Shown one piece after another: positions 12,701-26,110 of a stretch of DNA of 64,000 nt (within the stretch, counting starts at the first letter, position 1; every line of letters begins with the position of its first letter). Source of the DNA: Phoronis australis (lineage: Eukaryota > Animalia > Phoronida). A program made the translations under genes and the position numbers. The DNA lies in the NCBI GenBank assembly GCA_002633005.1, contig NMRA01000258.1:124001-188000 (forward strand), read 5' to 3'. The notes under the pieces are model-generated. The model ran no database searches and had not been told where the DNA came from. It was given only the letters and a program-made list of their open reading frames with translations.

Positions 12701-15700
12701 CTTTTCTCATTTTGTAATAATGGCACCCCTTCTTCATGGAGATTTTAATGAAGAAATAAAAACAAGGCATTACGCGCTAAATTGGCCCAGATTTAAGAAA
12801 TTGTGGGACTATCTTAATTCATACTGAAGAGTACATTGTAAAAACTACATCTATGTTTTGTATAACAGTTAAACCTACTATTAGTATATTTATCACAGGG
12901 CTATAATTTTGTAATTAAAATGTTGTTTAAGGTTTCTTAGTTTGAAAGCAACCTTCATTGACAATAGCGTGCTATGTTGTCAGGTTTGCCTGTTCGACAT
13001 GTTCTTAGCTGTTAGTTGTTTTGTTTCATTTTGTGAAACTAATGCGCAGACCTCTTGGCGGTGCCTCTTCATTGCTTTGTGTAGAGATTTCACTCGACCA
13101 GTTGTGGCATCTTGATCAAACTATTTCATTTTCATTATTAAATTACAGCCTTCAGTCTTCAATAAACTTAACAAATTGAAAGTTAAGCATTGATAGTGGA
13201 CCTTTTGCATTTTTTCAATTTTGCAGTGTTGCATTCTGTTCAGTGTCCCACTGTTGGTTTAAATTTTTCCGTTTTCTTATTTCAACCCAAAGTGAAAGTT
13301 GAGGCAGTCAAAATTATAGTCGTAACAAATTCTATTTTGCCCTATCCAATGTGTGGAGAGTCTGGCTTAACATTTCCCATCATCCTATTTATGCCTTCCT
13401 TTACCTTTTGTAGATCAAGCAGACAGTGTTGTTGGCTCTCAGCAGGAAAGCCAAACAGGCTCGCAGCAAACAACTGGCAGTAACGTGAGTGGTCCTACTG
13501 AAGTAAACAAGTTGTTTGACAAGAAGGAAAGTGACAAGGAGGAGGAGTCAAGTAAGCTGATTTAAACCAATGTTGAATCTGATTGGCTTACTGTTTGAAT
13601 AATGCAGCTGCTGTAGATGTCTGGTAGCTTTCTCATTTTGAGAGATGTTCATATCATCCGTGTAGAGATATATGATCATTAAGAGGCACACTCTTAGCTT
13701 TTTTCATGGCCCAAGTCACCCAAAGGACTGTCCTGAGATGGCCTACACGCTGTGCTGTTGGTGATATCTGACTTTTTGTATCACTGATAGCTTTACTGAA
13801 TGATCTGAATGTTTTAATGACAAGAAACTGACTTAAGATCATTTTTGACTTAAGTCTAAGATTTGTCTCAAGATCCAAACCTTGAAACTTCCATATCTGG
13901 TAAGTTTGTCAAAATTAAGACAAAACTTAAATATTTAAAAACTTAAGTAATACTTACGATCTCTTACTTCAAACGGACTTGGGACAAATTTATGTTTTAT
14001 CTTAAAATTGGCTGAAACTTATGATTTGTCTTTAGTTCAGTCAGTTTTCTTGGAACGGGGCCCAGTTGTTCTCTTGGAGATATACTTATTAATATTAGGC
14101 AATACTTCTCAACTAAAGGTGTTTGCTGTAAGATTTTCAACTTTTGATCATACTCCTATTTGGACTTGCTGATGTTTATTTTTAATTATGTTGCTCACGG
14201 TGTGCATAAACCGTCAAAATCTAGTAATTTGATTTAGTTTATGATAATTACAATCCACCTTTTTCTACATTCTAGGAATTCCGTGATCATGATAAGTATT
14301 GAAATTGTTTACTAAAAAGCAAACTATTTGTAAAAATTCAGTCATTGTTGACTGAGTCAGTGTTAGTTTTTGTTCCTGCTTTTCATGTTTGCCAATAACA
14401 GTTCTTCATTTTAGCTTTAAAAAATCTCTTTTTTAAATAAAAAAGTGATTTTAAAGGTCAATGTGGACTATCAACTGCATTATCTGGTAGAAAGTTTGTA
14501 AGCCTTCTATAGCATGTGTGCACTTCATATTCCTGTAACTAAGGTTGTTCTCTGAAATTTTGTCTGTTGTTCTATTAACTGTAAGTTTTTGATTGGCCCC
14601 TTGTCATTACTCAATGTTTCCATTTTTAGAGCCTGGCGAACCAGTACGGGAACGCAGACCTTCGTTAGATCGTCGCAGCAGTATAGACAAGACAGAACCC
14701 CCTCCACTGGAAGTAATACTCAGGTATCCTGTGGAGATTTGGGCATCAACCGCCGATGTGTTCGTCAAGCCTGAAGGTAGGTGTCTCTGCTGTATCCCAA
14801 TTTTCACCAAGATTTTGCTTTCATAGTGTTTTAAATTGATGTGGTGCTTTTTGTGGGGCATTCTGGTAAATGATTTTGTTTTGTAACTTTCAGATGTTGA
14901 AGTTAAGTACTTGGAACAGCTCCAACAGAGGGAGGAAAGATCTGCTGTGACCTTTGAACTTGAAAAAGAAAAGCATGTCCTAAGGCAAATGCAAGGTGCG
15001 ACAAATATTTGGCAGATATGAAAGAATATACCATCTGTCTCATCATTTTATTGTTTTCAGTATTTGAATATTAGCTGGTAAACAACAGTTAAGTTTAAAA
15101 CTCCATTTTGGAATAAATCAAGTTAACACAGTGAAGGCTTCCGAAATCAGCTCCATTCAGTTTTTGATGTTTTATACATAATTATTTAAAAACTAGCTAA
15201 CTTACCGTGTTGAAAAAAATACACCAAAGGGTTCCACCCCAAAACACCAGTCAGAACACACCAAAGGGTTCCACCCCAAAACACCAGTCAGAACACACCA
15301 AAGGGTTCCACCCCAAAACACCAGTCAGAACACACCAAAGGGTTCCACCCCAAAACACCAGTCAGAACACACCAAAGGGTTCCACCCCAAAACACAGTCA
15401 GAACACACCAAAGGGTTCCACCCCAAAACACAGTCAGAACAATGGCTCTCTTAAGTGACGCTGCTGATTGTGGCTTTTTTTATTAATTAATTAAGTGGCA
15501 AATTCTGGCAACTTTTTCTCGTCTCGTTGCTGTTGCATGCACAACAATAATTGTACCTAGAAAGTCAAATCAATTTAATGTGTCATGGGTGTTATTCTTT
15601 CCTCAGGCCGCCGACTAGAAGAGATGAGCCCTGGAGAGTATCGTTCAACTAGGAGTCCAACACAGCCCGTTGTCATAGAGAACTCTTGGCAGGAACCGAC

Positions 15701-18700
15701 CGTGCAAGAGCAGGAGACACATGACAAGGTCCACCTGTTGGAGGTTGGTGGAGTCAGTTAACAGAATGCTAGCCAACAGTTATTGAAATCAGGGCTGTGT
15801 TTCTCAGATGCAAGAATCTCGTGAGTAAAGCGAGTGTGATCACATGCTTCACTTGGAATGCATGTAGAGATCTCATGAGTCTTGCATTTTTGCGCGATTC
15901 TTGCATCCACAAATCACTGCGAAGACATTGGTTATTTCTTTGCTGTGCATATTTTGCTCGCTTGTTCCTGTAAAGTATTCCATGGTTTAGTTCACCCCTT
16001 ATCACTTATCAGGTATCTGAGCTTGACTTTGCCTCCTGAAAGGTGATGCTTGTGGCATTATGAAATTTTCGCCAGCACTTCATGAATGTTATGAGATTTT
16101 ATTAATATTTTGCTTGAACTTTTTCCTGCATTATTTCTTGTTTAAGACATTAAGTGTAAAATTAACTGTGTCCATTGTTTTCAGACCCACCTAGCTGAAG
16201 TGAAAGCATCTCAGTCGGAGAACCCAAAAACTAGAGAGTGTAACACTAGCTCAACACGACGACTGTATCAACAACCTGCCATGGTGAGACTAATCTATTG
16301 GTTTTCTCTGGTCTCCTTATTGTAATTTTGATTTGCGTAAGCACTACTCAATGACATATCTTATTCAGATTTCAGTAGGAAGTGGTCTTATTTGTTGCAG
16401 TTTCCACTTTTTATTCATTCAGTTCTAAATATCCTCTTCTTGTCTGGGTTAATACCTAAGGTCGGCTTACCTCCCACTGACCCCTATTTCCAAATTTTCA
16501 CTTTTAAGCGCGTGTGCTGGACTTACCGCCCACTCCAAATTTACAAGACAAGGACTTCCCTTAAAGTACCTGAATGTGTCTTGTATGTGAATGCTCGTCT
16601 CATCTGTATTTTAGCTCATAAAAAGTACACAAATTTTGCTAACCTTTGAGTAACAATCAACCATTTTCATCTGAACCTTGCTTTATTTGTGTGGGACAAT
16701 ACCCACACTCTCCCTCTCTCTACTGAAGGGAGACATAAAAGGGTACTCAATGTGTTATCCAATCAAAGTCATTTGATGTTACACATGACACTTGTGCAAA
16801 AAACTATGAAGCATTTGCGTGTGGTCACCTCATAACATCCGCATAACATTTTGCATTAATTTGAAGATGCACTGCATAAAGACTTGTCATGCTACTGAAC
16901 TACTGTAAAGGATCACTCCATTATAGATGGTAAGCCTTGAAGTACAATCCAACTAGTATGTTTTATTGGACTCTTGCCCGTAAACTCCTCTTACCAGAAC
17001 AAATGATCAGGTTAACGCCCACCTCCACTTCTCAAAAGTTCAGTTTTAAGTGCCATGCTTGACAACGCTACCTCTTTGAGTACCCTGGGTAGTAACCAGG
17101 ACAAGTATGGTAGAACATTGAAGTCCATTGACCAATAAAAGTTATTTTTCTAAGTAAAATACTGTTGCTCTTCCATTGTCATTACTTTCTGACTTCTATC
17201 TTTTAGAAACGTGTTCTGATCTTCCCAAATGGTGAGTCCATGGATAGAGCTTGTTATGTGTGGGGTGAGTCCATACATCAGCTGTTGGATAACGCATCAC
17301 AAAGACTGAACCTGAGGAAGCCTGCTAAGGTCTTGTTTACTCTCGATGGTATTCAGGTAAGTACCTAGTCTATTTTTCTGGAAATTTGGCCCTCCATCAG
17401 TCTCTTTTACTTTGTCTGTCAGTGCGTGTATGTCTATCTGTTAGTTTTGGTGTAGAACAACTGTTGGTAACGGAGATTTTACTTTTTAGTATCGATGCTT
17501 TGGAGCAAGGGCGCGATACAAATTGTGATTTGTCCTTACTTGAAACCTCAAAGGGACCTTACTTTTGTCGGACTTTACTGTGAAATAACAGGGTTGCAAA
17601 CTAAAAAACGTACTAGTTATATTAAAATCGCACTCATCTGTAACATTGTTACCTTAGGGGATTTCCTTGTGCATGGAATGTTTGAGATTGGCCAACATCT
17701 GACTGTTGTATTTCTTCAAGCAGTCATAGCCAGTCTGGATGTTAGCAATGTTTTGATCACTGACATGCATTACTCGGAAAAGTTGTGATGCATGTTTTGA
17801 AATAAGTTTTCTGAAATTTACGTGCAGTCGGGACGTTTGGCCCTTCAGAGTATTTACTCTCACAGTATAGACTTGTCAGAGTAAGGACTTCTCATGATAT
17901 TTTCAGATCAATCAACTAGACTCCTAAAATCACATTCAAGTTTTTGCTGAGAATAAACCCAGTCGCATTTCTATGTTCATCAAAGATTTCTTGGGTTGAA
18001 AATTAAGTTACCAGATTTGGAGAAAAGTAGCACTTGATAGCAAGTGCTGGCAGTTGGATTAAATATTGCATTTTCCTCTGAAGTGAATATTTTCCATCTT
18101 CTTTATGTTCATCTTCTTTTCAAATTTTAATTCTGTCACTTGCATTGTTCAATTTAAAATAATTATTATGTACTTGTTCCTTCTTGTCCATTGATACAGA
18201 TCAAACAGTTTGATGAGATTGAACGTGATCAGCTGATGTGTGTGTCATACGGTCGCCCGTTTGTTCGACCAAAGGACAGTCATCAGACAATAGAGGTGAA
18301 AGCTAACTGGTCCCGTGCCCGTCGGCAACATGGCCCCCATGCCACGGAACTAACAGTTCAGCGACAGAAGAACGCAGCTGTTGATGTAAGTTGTCAGTAG
18401 TCTTGTGAATCTCATTATCTTCATACTGGTAAATTTGGTGTAAATTTTGGAATTTACTATTTGGTAAACTTTTCCCAAAATCACACCCCATGTTTCACTG
18501 TCCTTAAAACTACATACTTTTAAATAATAATTTTGTCCTTAAAACTACATACTTTTAAATAATAATTTTGTTTGTGAAAATTGGATTTCGACATCAAACA
18601 GGACGTAAATATGGTTATAATTGTACAGTTCTCAATATGTAGTAGAGTTCAGTTAACAAAAATTACATTTTTGTCCCCATCTGGGTGTGAAGTCACAAAA

Positions 18701-19842
18701 CCAACCAATACACTTGCAGGGTCTAAAGACCCTTTGAGTAAAAATCAAGGAAAGTGTCCTAGCAACTACCAGTTTTTCGAGGAGGCAGTGTGTGCGCCTA
18801 ATGGGCTGAGTGTCCACTTCCTGTTCTCAGTGATGTGGGTTCAAATCTCACTGGAGTCAAGTCTCTTGCGCTTCATTAATTTGTGTGCATCAAAAATGGA
18901 TTTGGGTGTTTGGTGCAATGGGCCTGGCATCTCATGCGATGTGTGTCAGACCACCTACACTAAATTTTTACCCGTTTTATGTTTGAAATTTACCCCTGGC
19001 TTTACACTGTGTCATTAATTAAAGGCCCTGTCAAACCTAATTAGTTCTCAGAAAGTCCAAACTATTCTTAACATCCTGATGAAATGGACTGGGAACTGGC
19101 GCAAAATGGCTACATTTACCACAGCATGTCTCAACACGTTGCGCGACATTATTTCCTAGGTTGTACATGGTAAATAGCTCATTCTCAGTTTTTCCCATTT
19201 TCAGTATAGTACTGAGAACTGGCTTGATTTGACTGGGCTCGTAGTCTGAGATCACTGACACAATATATGCTATGTTACAGGGCTGGCTAACTAAAACATC
19301 TTAGTTGAGGTAGCATATATCACCACACCTGCACTCATGCACTTTTATTTGACTTCTGTTGCCATTTAAAATTGAATCTTTCTCTTCCATAATCATCAGA
19401 GTTATAATTTTGTAGTCTTTAGCCACACGTTCTGACTCACTGTTATTCTTCTTTGATGTAGGTAGTATTTTGTATAAAGTTATGATTTGGTGGTCAACTT
19501 AGTCATCTTTTCACTTTACCCTGCAGTGTTATGCACAATAAAACTCATGCAGTATCATGCTCTGTTTCAACTGTTTGTTAAAACATGGTTAACAAGAGAT
19601 CTTTTGGATAATAGGCCTTAATTTGTTGCGATATCCGTAGATATCAGTGATAGTTTAAACCTTAATTAACATTTAACAGTTTCAAGAATCTATCTGGACC
19701 TTTGCACTAGTACCCGCAGTCATTGACTCTATGTCTCTTTCAGGTTGATCCATTTGGCCCACCAATCCTAGCAATAACAGACGGACAAGAGAACAAAACT
19801 AAGAAACCTCCTCTTCCTAGAGATTACCACTCTACAAGGTGA
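709..19842 (+). CDS. DCDC1: Doublecortin domain-containing protein 1-like (DCX plus ricin-B lectin domains), 5'-partial, about 26 exons
   Basis: GT-AG exons read by hand: 709-817, 1267-1417, 2525-2632, 3113-3301, 3491-3636, 4461-4584, 5760-5838, 5968-6053, 6324-6518, 7196-7442, 7921-8092, 8598-8630, 9061-9213, 9404-9610, 10041-10326, 10728-10869, 11382-11641, 12066-12255, 13414-13551, 14630-14776, 14894-14995, 15607-15743, 16185-16283, 17207-17356, 18200-18385, 19744-19842 (TGA). DCX motifs: LERCTGLLDLPFAARRLFDETG..LVFVSCGEPF; LLEQCTYRLQMSSAARRLFTADG; LLDNASQRLNLRKPAKVLFTLDG..MCVSYGRPF. Ricin-B QxW motifs: NQRWGFSTDG, YQQWVMQENG, NQRWRYDPET. The DCX plus ricin-B combination is characteristic of DCDC1. 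Confidence 0.85.
1590..2002. repeat. Intronic minisatellite, about 20-bp unit CAGGTCATTACTCATCATGA, about 20 degenerate copies
   Basis: Unit is directly visible in tandem. Confidence 0.9.
3821..3979. repeat. Inverted repeat with arms of about 60 bp; each arm resembles a degenerate minimal hammerhead
   Basis: GGATTTAAACCGGCTTGACATGTTTTGCCGTTTATTGAAACACCATCATCAGAAGAAAA is the reverse complement of 3921-3979 with about 3 mismatches. Confidence 0.9.
4326..4495 (+). repeat. Three tandem copies (about 57 bp) of an intron-exon acceptor junction
   Basis: TGTGTGAATGTTGTAG-RTGGGCTRTTAAA...TTGACAATC is repeated; only the last copy opens into the 4461 exon. Confidence 0.75.
4636..4711. repeat. 22-bp G-rich minisatellite GGTAGGTTGGGACACCAGGACA, about 3.5 copies
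   Basis: Direct tandem copies visible. Confidence 0.85.
5253..5309. repeat. 16-bp tandem repeat CCTGWTGTATGCTTCA, about 3.5 copies
   Basis: Direct tandem copies visible. Confidence 0.8.
6514..6940 (+). repeat. About 30-bp minisatellite starting at an exon-intron donor (ACTGGTGAGTATCACTAGCCATTCACTGAT)
   Basis: Degenerate tandem copies begin at the 6518/6519 splice donor. Confidence 0.85.
10548..10612. repeat. 15-bp tandem repeat ATTGAACATAGTTCT, about 4 copies
   Basis: Direct tandem copies visible. Confidence 0.8.
15221..15440. repeat. 37-bp minisatellite ACACCAAAGGGTTCCACCCCAAAACACCAGTCAGAAC, about 6 copies
   Basis: Near-perfect copies; the last two have a 1-bp deletion. Confidence 0.95.
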
Positions 19843-20238
19843 TCAAGATCACTAAGTCACATTCATTACATGGAGACAGAGGTCATGTTGGATCAACGAA
19901 ATCACACGGCCAAAGTTGTCACTGGAATGTGTGTGCCATTGATTGAAAGGATACTAAGTCCTGTTTAGGTTATTTTAGCCAATTCTCGTCCTGTTCACCT
20001 AACAAATGAAACAATGTACCTTGATGTCCCACTTGAGTGATAAAAGCAAGAGTCAACGAAAAACTTACTTTGTCACACATAGGATATTATGTTGCTTCAG
20101 TTGGTGGGTGTTCTTTCCCAACAGTTGCTATGTAACTTGCCTGAAGCATAGGTCTTGCTTACCCATTTAATAGACTTTCTAAGGAATTTTTTTTAGTTGA
20201 GGGTTGTCGAGGGATACAGAGCATTATTTTATTTCTGA

Positions 20239-20416
20239 GGACTAGTTAGGAACATTATTCTCAATATCTGTTGATAAGCCAAAACCGGACTAGTTAGGAA
20301 CATTATTCTCAATATCTGTTGATAAGCCAAAACCGGACTAGTTAGGAACATTATTCTCAATATCTGTTGATAAGCCAAAACCGGACTAGTTAGGAACATT
20401 ATTCTCAATATCTGTT
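20239..20416. repeat. 48-bp perfect tandem repeat, about 3.7 copies, in the probable DCDC1 3' UTR
   Basis: GGACTAGTTAGGAACATTATTCTCAATATCTGTTGATAAGCCAAAACC starts at 20239, 20287, 20335 and 20383. Confidence 0.95.
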
Positions 20417-21654
20417 GGTATCCTTTCCAAATAAAATGTGGGCATTGCCATTAGCAGAAAATAATTGCAGGATTTCTTTATATATTTCATCTGTCCAAAT
20501 GTCATGGCCAAAGACATATATTTTTGTGAAAGTTGTCTTGAGAGTCTGGTTGTGCAGCATACTCGTACCTTACACAGCGCCTATGTCTACTTCTCCATGG
20601 TCATGTCGTCTGCTTACTTTAGCATTGTTTTATCTTAAATGTTCCCCAAACCTGCCTTCAGCTATGTTATATTTCAAAATTATTAACTTAATTATTAATT
20701 ATTAACTTAATAGTTGGACCACTTGTAACAAGAAGCTTTGTCTCATCTTGTATATTAGTAAAACTAGGAGTAGTTTTTTAGTTTGGAAACTGACAAATAG
20801 TTGTTACCCAAGACTGATTTCAAACGAATTTACGGCTTCGGTTTCCATATGTGCGCAAACTGCAGTATGGCTGGCTGTCAAATTGGAATATACACTAGAG
20901 AAAGCTGGTTGTTGGTGCTAAACAACTTAAACTGGTACTAATTTAAAGTCAAAAAGAATAGGTTGTGAAAAACAATGTTACTCTTGTGCATTCGGTGAGC
21001 AGAAGGTTCCAGTTTTGCAATTTTACAAAATTTAAAAAAATGTACACATTTTTGCTATGACTTATTTACAATACATGGTGATTTTTGGCAGCAGCTTTGA
21101 TGATGAAATTCGTACTTATACACATATGTACACCTCCTAAACTTGGTTTTGATTTTATGTTTTTGTTGCCATGTAAAACTGAAGCTACTTACGATGGGGT
21201 GTCTCATCCTTCTCAGTGGTGCAGGTCTTACCATCTGCTGGGGAAGAGTGGATGTCAGATACATAATCCATATGCACAAAGTGGTTGTAGGGTTAAAATT
21301 TAATGAATGCTTTCAGTTGCCAATTACTTGAAGTTGCTAACCTGATGTCAGAAGCTACCTTCTGGTATTCTTGACTGGAGACGGTTTTTACAGCAACTTT
21401 GCTTATTACCTCCCCAATGTTTAACTGCACAGGGAATTCGGTTTTTATTCATCTCCAGTTTGTGTGGGTGTTAGTGAAGCTTTTCCGTGTAGCTGGGGTT
21501 ATTTTGTATATGTTTCAATTTTTTGTCTAATTTCTTTATAATTTTGGAGGATGACTAAGTTTACATGCAATTTAGAAATATTTGCTATCTTGGACTTTTT
21601 CCTGCTTAGCTTACTTGTATATTCTGTAGTTTCTTTTAATTGTTTATAATTTGC

Positions 21655-21660
21655 AATAAA
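21655..21660 (+). terminator. Probable polyadenylation signal of the DCDC1-like gene
   Basis: AATAAA follows a T-rich UTR-like stretch and is followed by GT/T-rich sequence. Confidence 0.5.
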
Positions 21661-21805
21661 ACATTTACTGGTTTGTTATTCTGTTCTTTATGAATTTTTA
21701 CGTTGTTATGGATTAATATCTTAAAATGAATTATGGGTAAGTAATGTATATGTGTGTATCGTCCTCCTGAAGTACATAACATTTTGAATTGGGTGATCAT
21801 GATGC

Positions 21806-23002
21806 TTATTTCGACGACCCTGTGCAGCGCAGTGGACCAACTCTGATATATGCCGATTGGTCTTTGCCAGCAGTATCCCCCAGGGCCACCTTAGTTACGG
21901 GTAGAGTAGAGATATCCTTCAACATTCCGCGGTCCACCTGCCATGAGAAGTCCCCTACGTCACAGGAGCACGTCTTCGACTTTTTGAAGCAGTTCCCCGC
22001 TTTTGCGCATCCACACGTACCCGAGCCAGACGACGAACCGGCCCAGTAATCTTGCTTCACGTTATCGCGTGAATACCACGCGCCGAAGCCTCCTTTCAGA
22101 AGTTTGGCACCGTAGCAGTCATAAACTAGTTCCTGTTCGCAAGTGGCGGACGATTTCATAAGGGCGACTATCTGATCTTTTGATACGGAGTATGTGAAAT
22201 TTTTCTGGAAGCAAAGAGGGTCTTTGCATTTATCCACGTCGTATCTTTTCTCGGCGTTGTGATGTAGGTTGGTGAACACTCGCTTGTCCTTGGGGTCATA
22301 CGGGTTGGAGAACTGGCACTCGACAGTAAAGGCTTTTACCCCGCCCAGACCGTCTGGATCCACGGTATAGTCTCCGTCGGTTGAGTAGCCACCATTATAC
22401 CATTCTTGGCAGTTTCGAATGGATTTGGGCACTGAAAATTAAAGTGTCGGTTAAGAAATGCTAACATAGATAATGTTTTCATTTCAAGAGAGGGTGAACT
22501 TAAAATTCATTCCATCTCGCCGTGTGGCCAATATTCATTCAGACCGATTTCATAGTAGCTAACAAGAAATAGGATTGGTTTATGTATCGGGCCTGGTGCA
22601 ATACATTAGATTGTACCCTATGTTGAACATAGTCGCTATTTCGAATAGCAGTAAAAACTGCCCTGAATAGTTTTAATAAAAAAGACTGTGTACCCACCTA
22701 CTACTTGATTGTACACCAGAATGTGAAGTAATTGTACCTTTGCATCCAGTTGGGTTGTCGATGGACTTGACTAACTCTTCGGCAGCCCTTAGCTTCTTGT
22801 GGCAAGCTGACGCCAGGGAACCTTGTTCCGCCACTTCTTTCTGCAACCTCTCTCCCAACACCTCTTCTGTACGAACCGACTGTTCTAGCAACTTGGCGCG
22901 GGCCTCAAGGGAGGCCAGGAGTTCCTTTGGGTCGGTGACGTCGCCCGTGTTGGCATAGCAGACGGGCAGAGCCAAGGCGAGACAGAACCATAAGTTGAGC
23001 AT
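21806..23002 (-). CDS. Secreted coiled-coil plus Caspr/neurexin-IV-type fibrinogen-like domain protein, copy A (2 exons, about 296 aa)
   Basis: Exon 1 (23002-22738) encodes signal MLNLWFCLALALPVCYA and heptads. A phase-1 GT-AG intron follows. Exon 2 (22431-21806) encodes CQEWYNGGYSTDGDYTVDPDGLGGVKAFTVEC...CEQELVYDCY...YWAGSSSGSGTCGC...CSCD...DRGMLKDISTLPVTKVALGDT...VGPLRC, matching the fibrinogen-like module of CNTNAP/Caspr. Confidence 0.85.
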
Positions 23003-25689
23003 GGTCAGTTTGAGAGACGATACTGAGAAGTTATCGTATAATCTCATTCATTTGCTTGGGAACTCGGCCATGTGTTATCTCTCGGCGCCGATATGGCAAT
23101 TTTGCGTCAGTTACATACGCTTTAAACCTGCGTTCCATACGAGAAGTAAACTTTTGCTTTAAACCACAGTTACCGCTATAAAATTGTTCTGAATTTGTTC
23201 CAGCCCAGGAAAGGAGTAATTTCTGAGTTTTTCAAAAGAACTGGCAGTTCGGTATTTGTTGAGACCATGCTCGCTACGTAAAATAATCGCTAGCACGCCG
23301 TGACAAGTAAACTTTTAGACTTTGATATAAAAGCACTAACGTACTGCCATTTTCTTGGAAGCTCTAAAATCGCACTCAAATTGTATAATGAGCAATTTCA
23401 TGCTAATTTAGCAATGGAAAATGCCGTGTAAATAAAAATTAGTTGTCTTTTGCTGTATGATTATTTCGTGAACTAGTAGGCTACCTACGGAATTCCGGTA
23501 GTGACTACAAGATATCGTGACGTCCTTGGACAATTAAGAATACATGTACATGTATATGTTTCAATTCAAACAGTGGAAAAACATTTCAAAAAAGTACTCT
23601 ACCCACAGCTCACAAAACTGTGTTTCGTTCCAAAGTAGAAAATATGAAGAAGTTGAATAGAAACCCCAATGTATGTTCGAGGCATAAACTTCCCAACTCT
23701 GATAACGTTTTCAGGCACGTTATTTGCAGTAACCACATTGGGATAACTTACTCATCGCGAAGCGTTTAAAGATAAGTATTTCTTCACTTCCGAGACACCG
23801 TGATCCAAACGTAGAGCAAGTTTTATACTTAAAAGGATGCCAAACGGCGGTTTTCGTCTATTAACAGATATTTAAAACGACTTTCCCACCGAGTTTTCTG
23901 AAACAAAACAATGCTTTAAAATCTTCGACAACCCTCAAATTTTGGAGAAAACTCCTTTAAAAGTCTTCTAAACGGGCAAGCATCACCTACGCACATGTGA
24001 GGAAGGAAAGTCCACCATGAACCGTAATATTTAAACTGTGACATAGGGAGTATGAGTTTTTTGTTGATTCCTTCTTTTTTTTCAAGATTGGCGCCAATGA
24101 TGCATTAGCCGGTGACAGGACGAGGACTGCTTGAAATTATCAAAAAAGGGTTTAGTACCCTTTTAATAAAGCGACCATAAACCCTCCATTCATCAAAAAG
24201 TTATTATTTTTTATTTATACTACTCATCATTATGAAACTAGTATCAAATTGCTCCTTAGTAAAATTTGAGATTTCATGGCTTTGAAAGAGCCAGTGTGAT
24301 ACCGCCTGAAATCAAGCTCTACAAGTTGCTTGTTACGGCGTGTTTCTTTTTAATAACCGAGCAAGGTCTCAACGAATAGCAAGCTGCCACGTCTTTACAA
24401 ACCCATGATTGCGCCATATGACTCGGGAAATAATTAACACCAGTTGTATAGCGGTGTGTACAGGCATAAAGCAAAAGTTTGCTTCTTGGACGGAACACGG
24501 TATTGAAGTGCTACTTACACTACTAGAACTATATATTGCCTCTACGGTTATCGTTTTCGATCGCAATGGATGAACAAGCTTTGATATTCAACCTACGTAC
24601 ACTGTATTTAGTGTAGCCTATATGTGATTTCCATGGATAAAGAAGTGCTTAATATTATTGTTTGCTTTTTATATTCGCGTGGACGTACCAGGCACAGCGT
24701 AACTTTAGGTACACTCCCGTACAAACATCTTTCTTTGTAAAATCAATATTATCGATTGAATATCAATTCTTTTTGTTTGCACAAGCCTGAAAACATGAAA
24801 TATATGTAGAAACAGTTGTGTAGAAAACAGTACTTTTCCATTTGATTTACATAAAATATTAATACTGTCACATCACGTGACACGTTTTATATTGGATTTT
24901 TTCAATTTGCGACTCTTTCGAAATAACTAAGATATACCATAAACAAGATTTATTTATTTTCTGCAATATAAATTTGACTATCGTCAGTTTTTACTTATTA
25001 AAATATTTGTTCAGGTGATTATGAAATTATGGGCCGAACCAAATTATAGAATGCTATTTACATGTATGCAAACTTAAGACAACCAAGTTTACTTTTTCTT
25101 TTCAGTAACAATCCTGATAAAATACAGGTGTGATGTACGTTTGTAAGTGCGCATTGGTGTTCCCTTATGTGTAAATATACACTGATCAATAGTAATTGAA
25201 AATTTTGTTTAGCCTAGTAATTGGTCACAAAGAAAGCTACTTTACAGGTTAATTCAGAAGAGCAGAAGAGGGAACTCACACACACGTTTGTAAAAGAGTT
25301 TTAATTCGTTTGGAAAGGACAAAAATATTGAAAATACGTTTCTAAAATTTATAGGATTAAAATAGCTACAAATTCAACTTTTTCACGAAAAACAACTTTG
25401 ATTTAATACACATACCATTGTTGAATTTGTCTCAAGTTGTAGTCAAATCGGAGATTGTATCATGGCTCCCGAAGTACTACATTTTGTCATTATTTGAGAC
25501 CAGACTCGGTGAGTCATTTCATGTGGTTGAATCGGTAATAACGAACAGTCAGTTGTTTGAATACCCAGAAACCCCACTTCTTGTCTGCTTAGAGACTCAA
25601 TTGAGGCCAACTTTGTTGTGGTAGATGGTCTAAATCAAAGGTTCGCTTCTTGAGCGCAACACGGTTTTTTAATATTTATTACGAACTCT

Positions 25690-26110
25690 TCGGTACAATG
25701 AATATGCATTGCTCATAATGCGCCAAGAGGCGTTGTATCTTTGTTAAATAGATACAAAGAAATCTATATACAATTATTATACACAAATACATAAATTAAA
25801 AAACTGATGTTAAGATTACGATGGCATCTGATTTCGAATGCAAATAAATCACTTTCATATACAATAAGTTATTTTTGCATGTATACAATTCCAACCACTC
25901 ACACAGAGAGATTTAATACTAAAAAGGAATTTTGATTCTATTTCGATTAAAACCATATTTTCATTTGAGTTGAGGCCTTGACATCCATATAGAAAAAAAT
26001 TAATTTTGTTATGCATTTGATGAAAATCAGAATATTTATTGTAAACATTGGGGTTTTGTTCGAGTGTCTGGAATAGCTGTATCCTCAGCTCCCTGCATAC
26101 CTCACAAGTT
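25690..26110 (-). mobile_element. 5'-truncated 3' end of the same LINE family as 34780-36840
   Basis: Aligns by eye with 34815-35185 (GCGCCAAGAGGC...CTATATACAATTAT...GTAAACATTGGGGTTTTGTTCGAGTGTCTG...CATACCTCACAAG). Confidence 0.75.

Noticed and set aside
15221-15440. 37-bp repeat array as a CRISPR, and the ORF 15207-15458
   Set aside because: Repeats are contiguous with no unique spacers, there are no cas genes, and the array is in a eukaryotic intron. The ORF is a by-product of the repeat.
18499-18570. 35-bp tandem duplication in an intron
   Set aside because: Ordinary slippage duplication with no functional indication.
20239-20416. 48-bp repeats as a CRISPR
   Set aside because: Pure head-to-tail tandem repeat without spacers.
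21789-22049. Antisense ORFs over real exons (also 22740-22958, 27510-27791, 53525-53749)
   Set aside because: Shadow frames of coding exons on the opposite strand.
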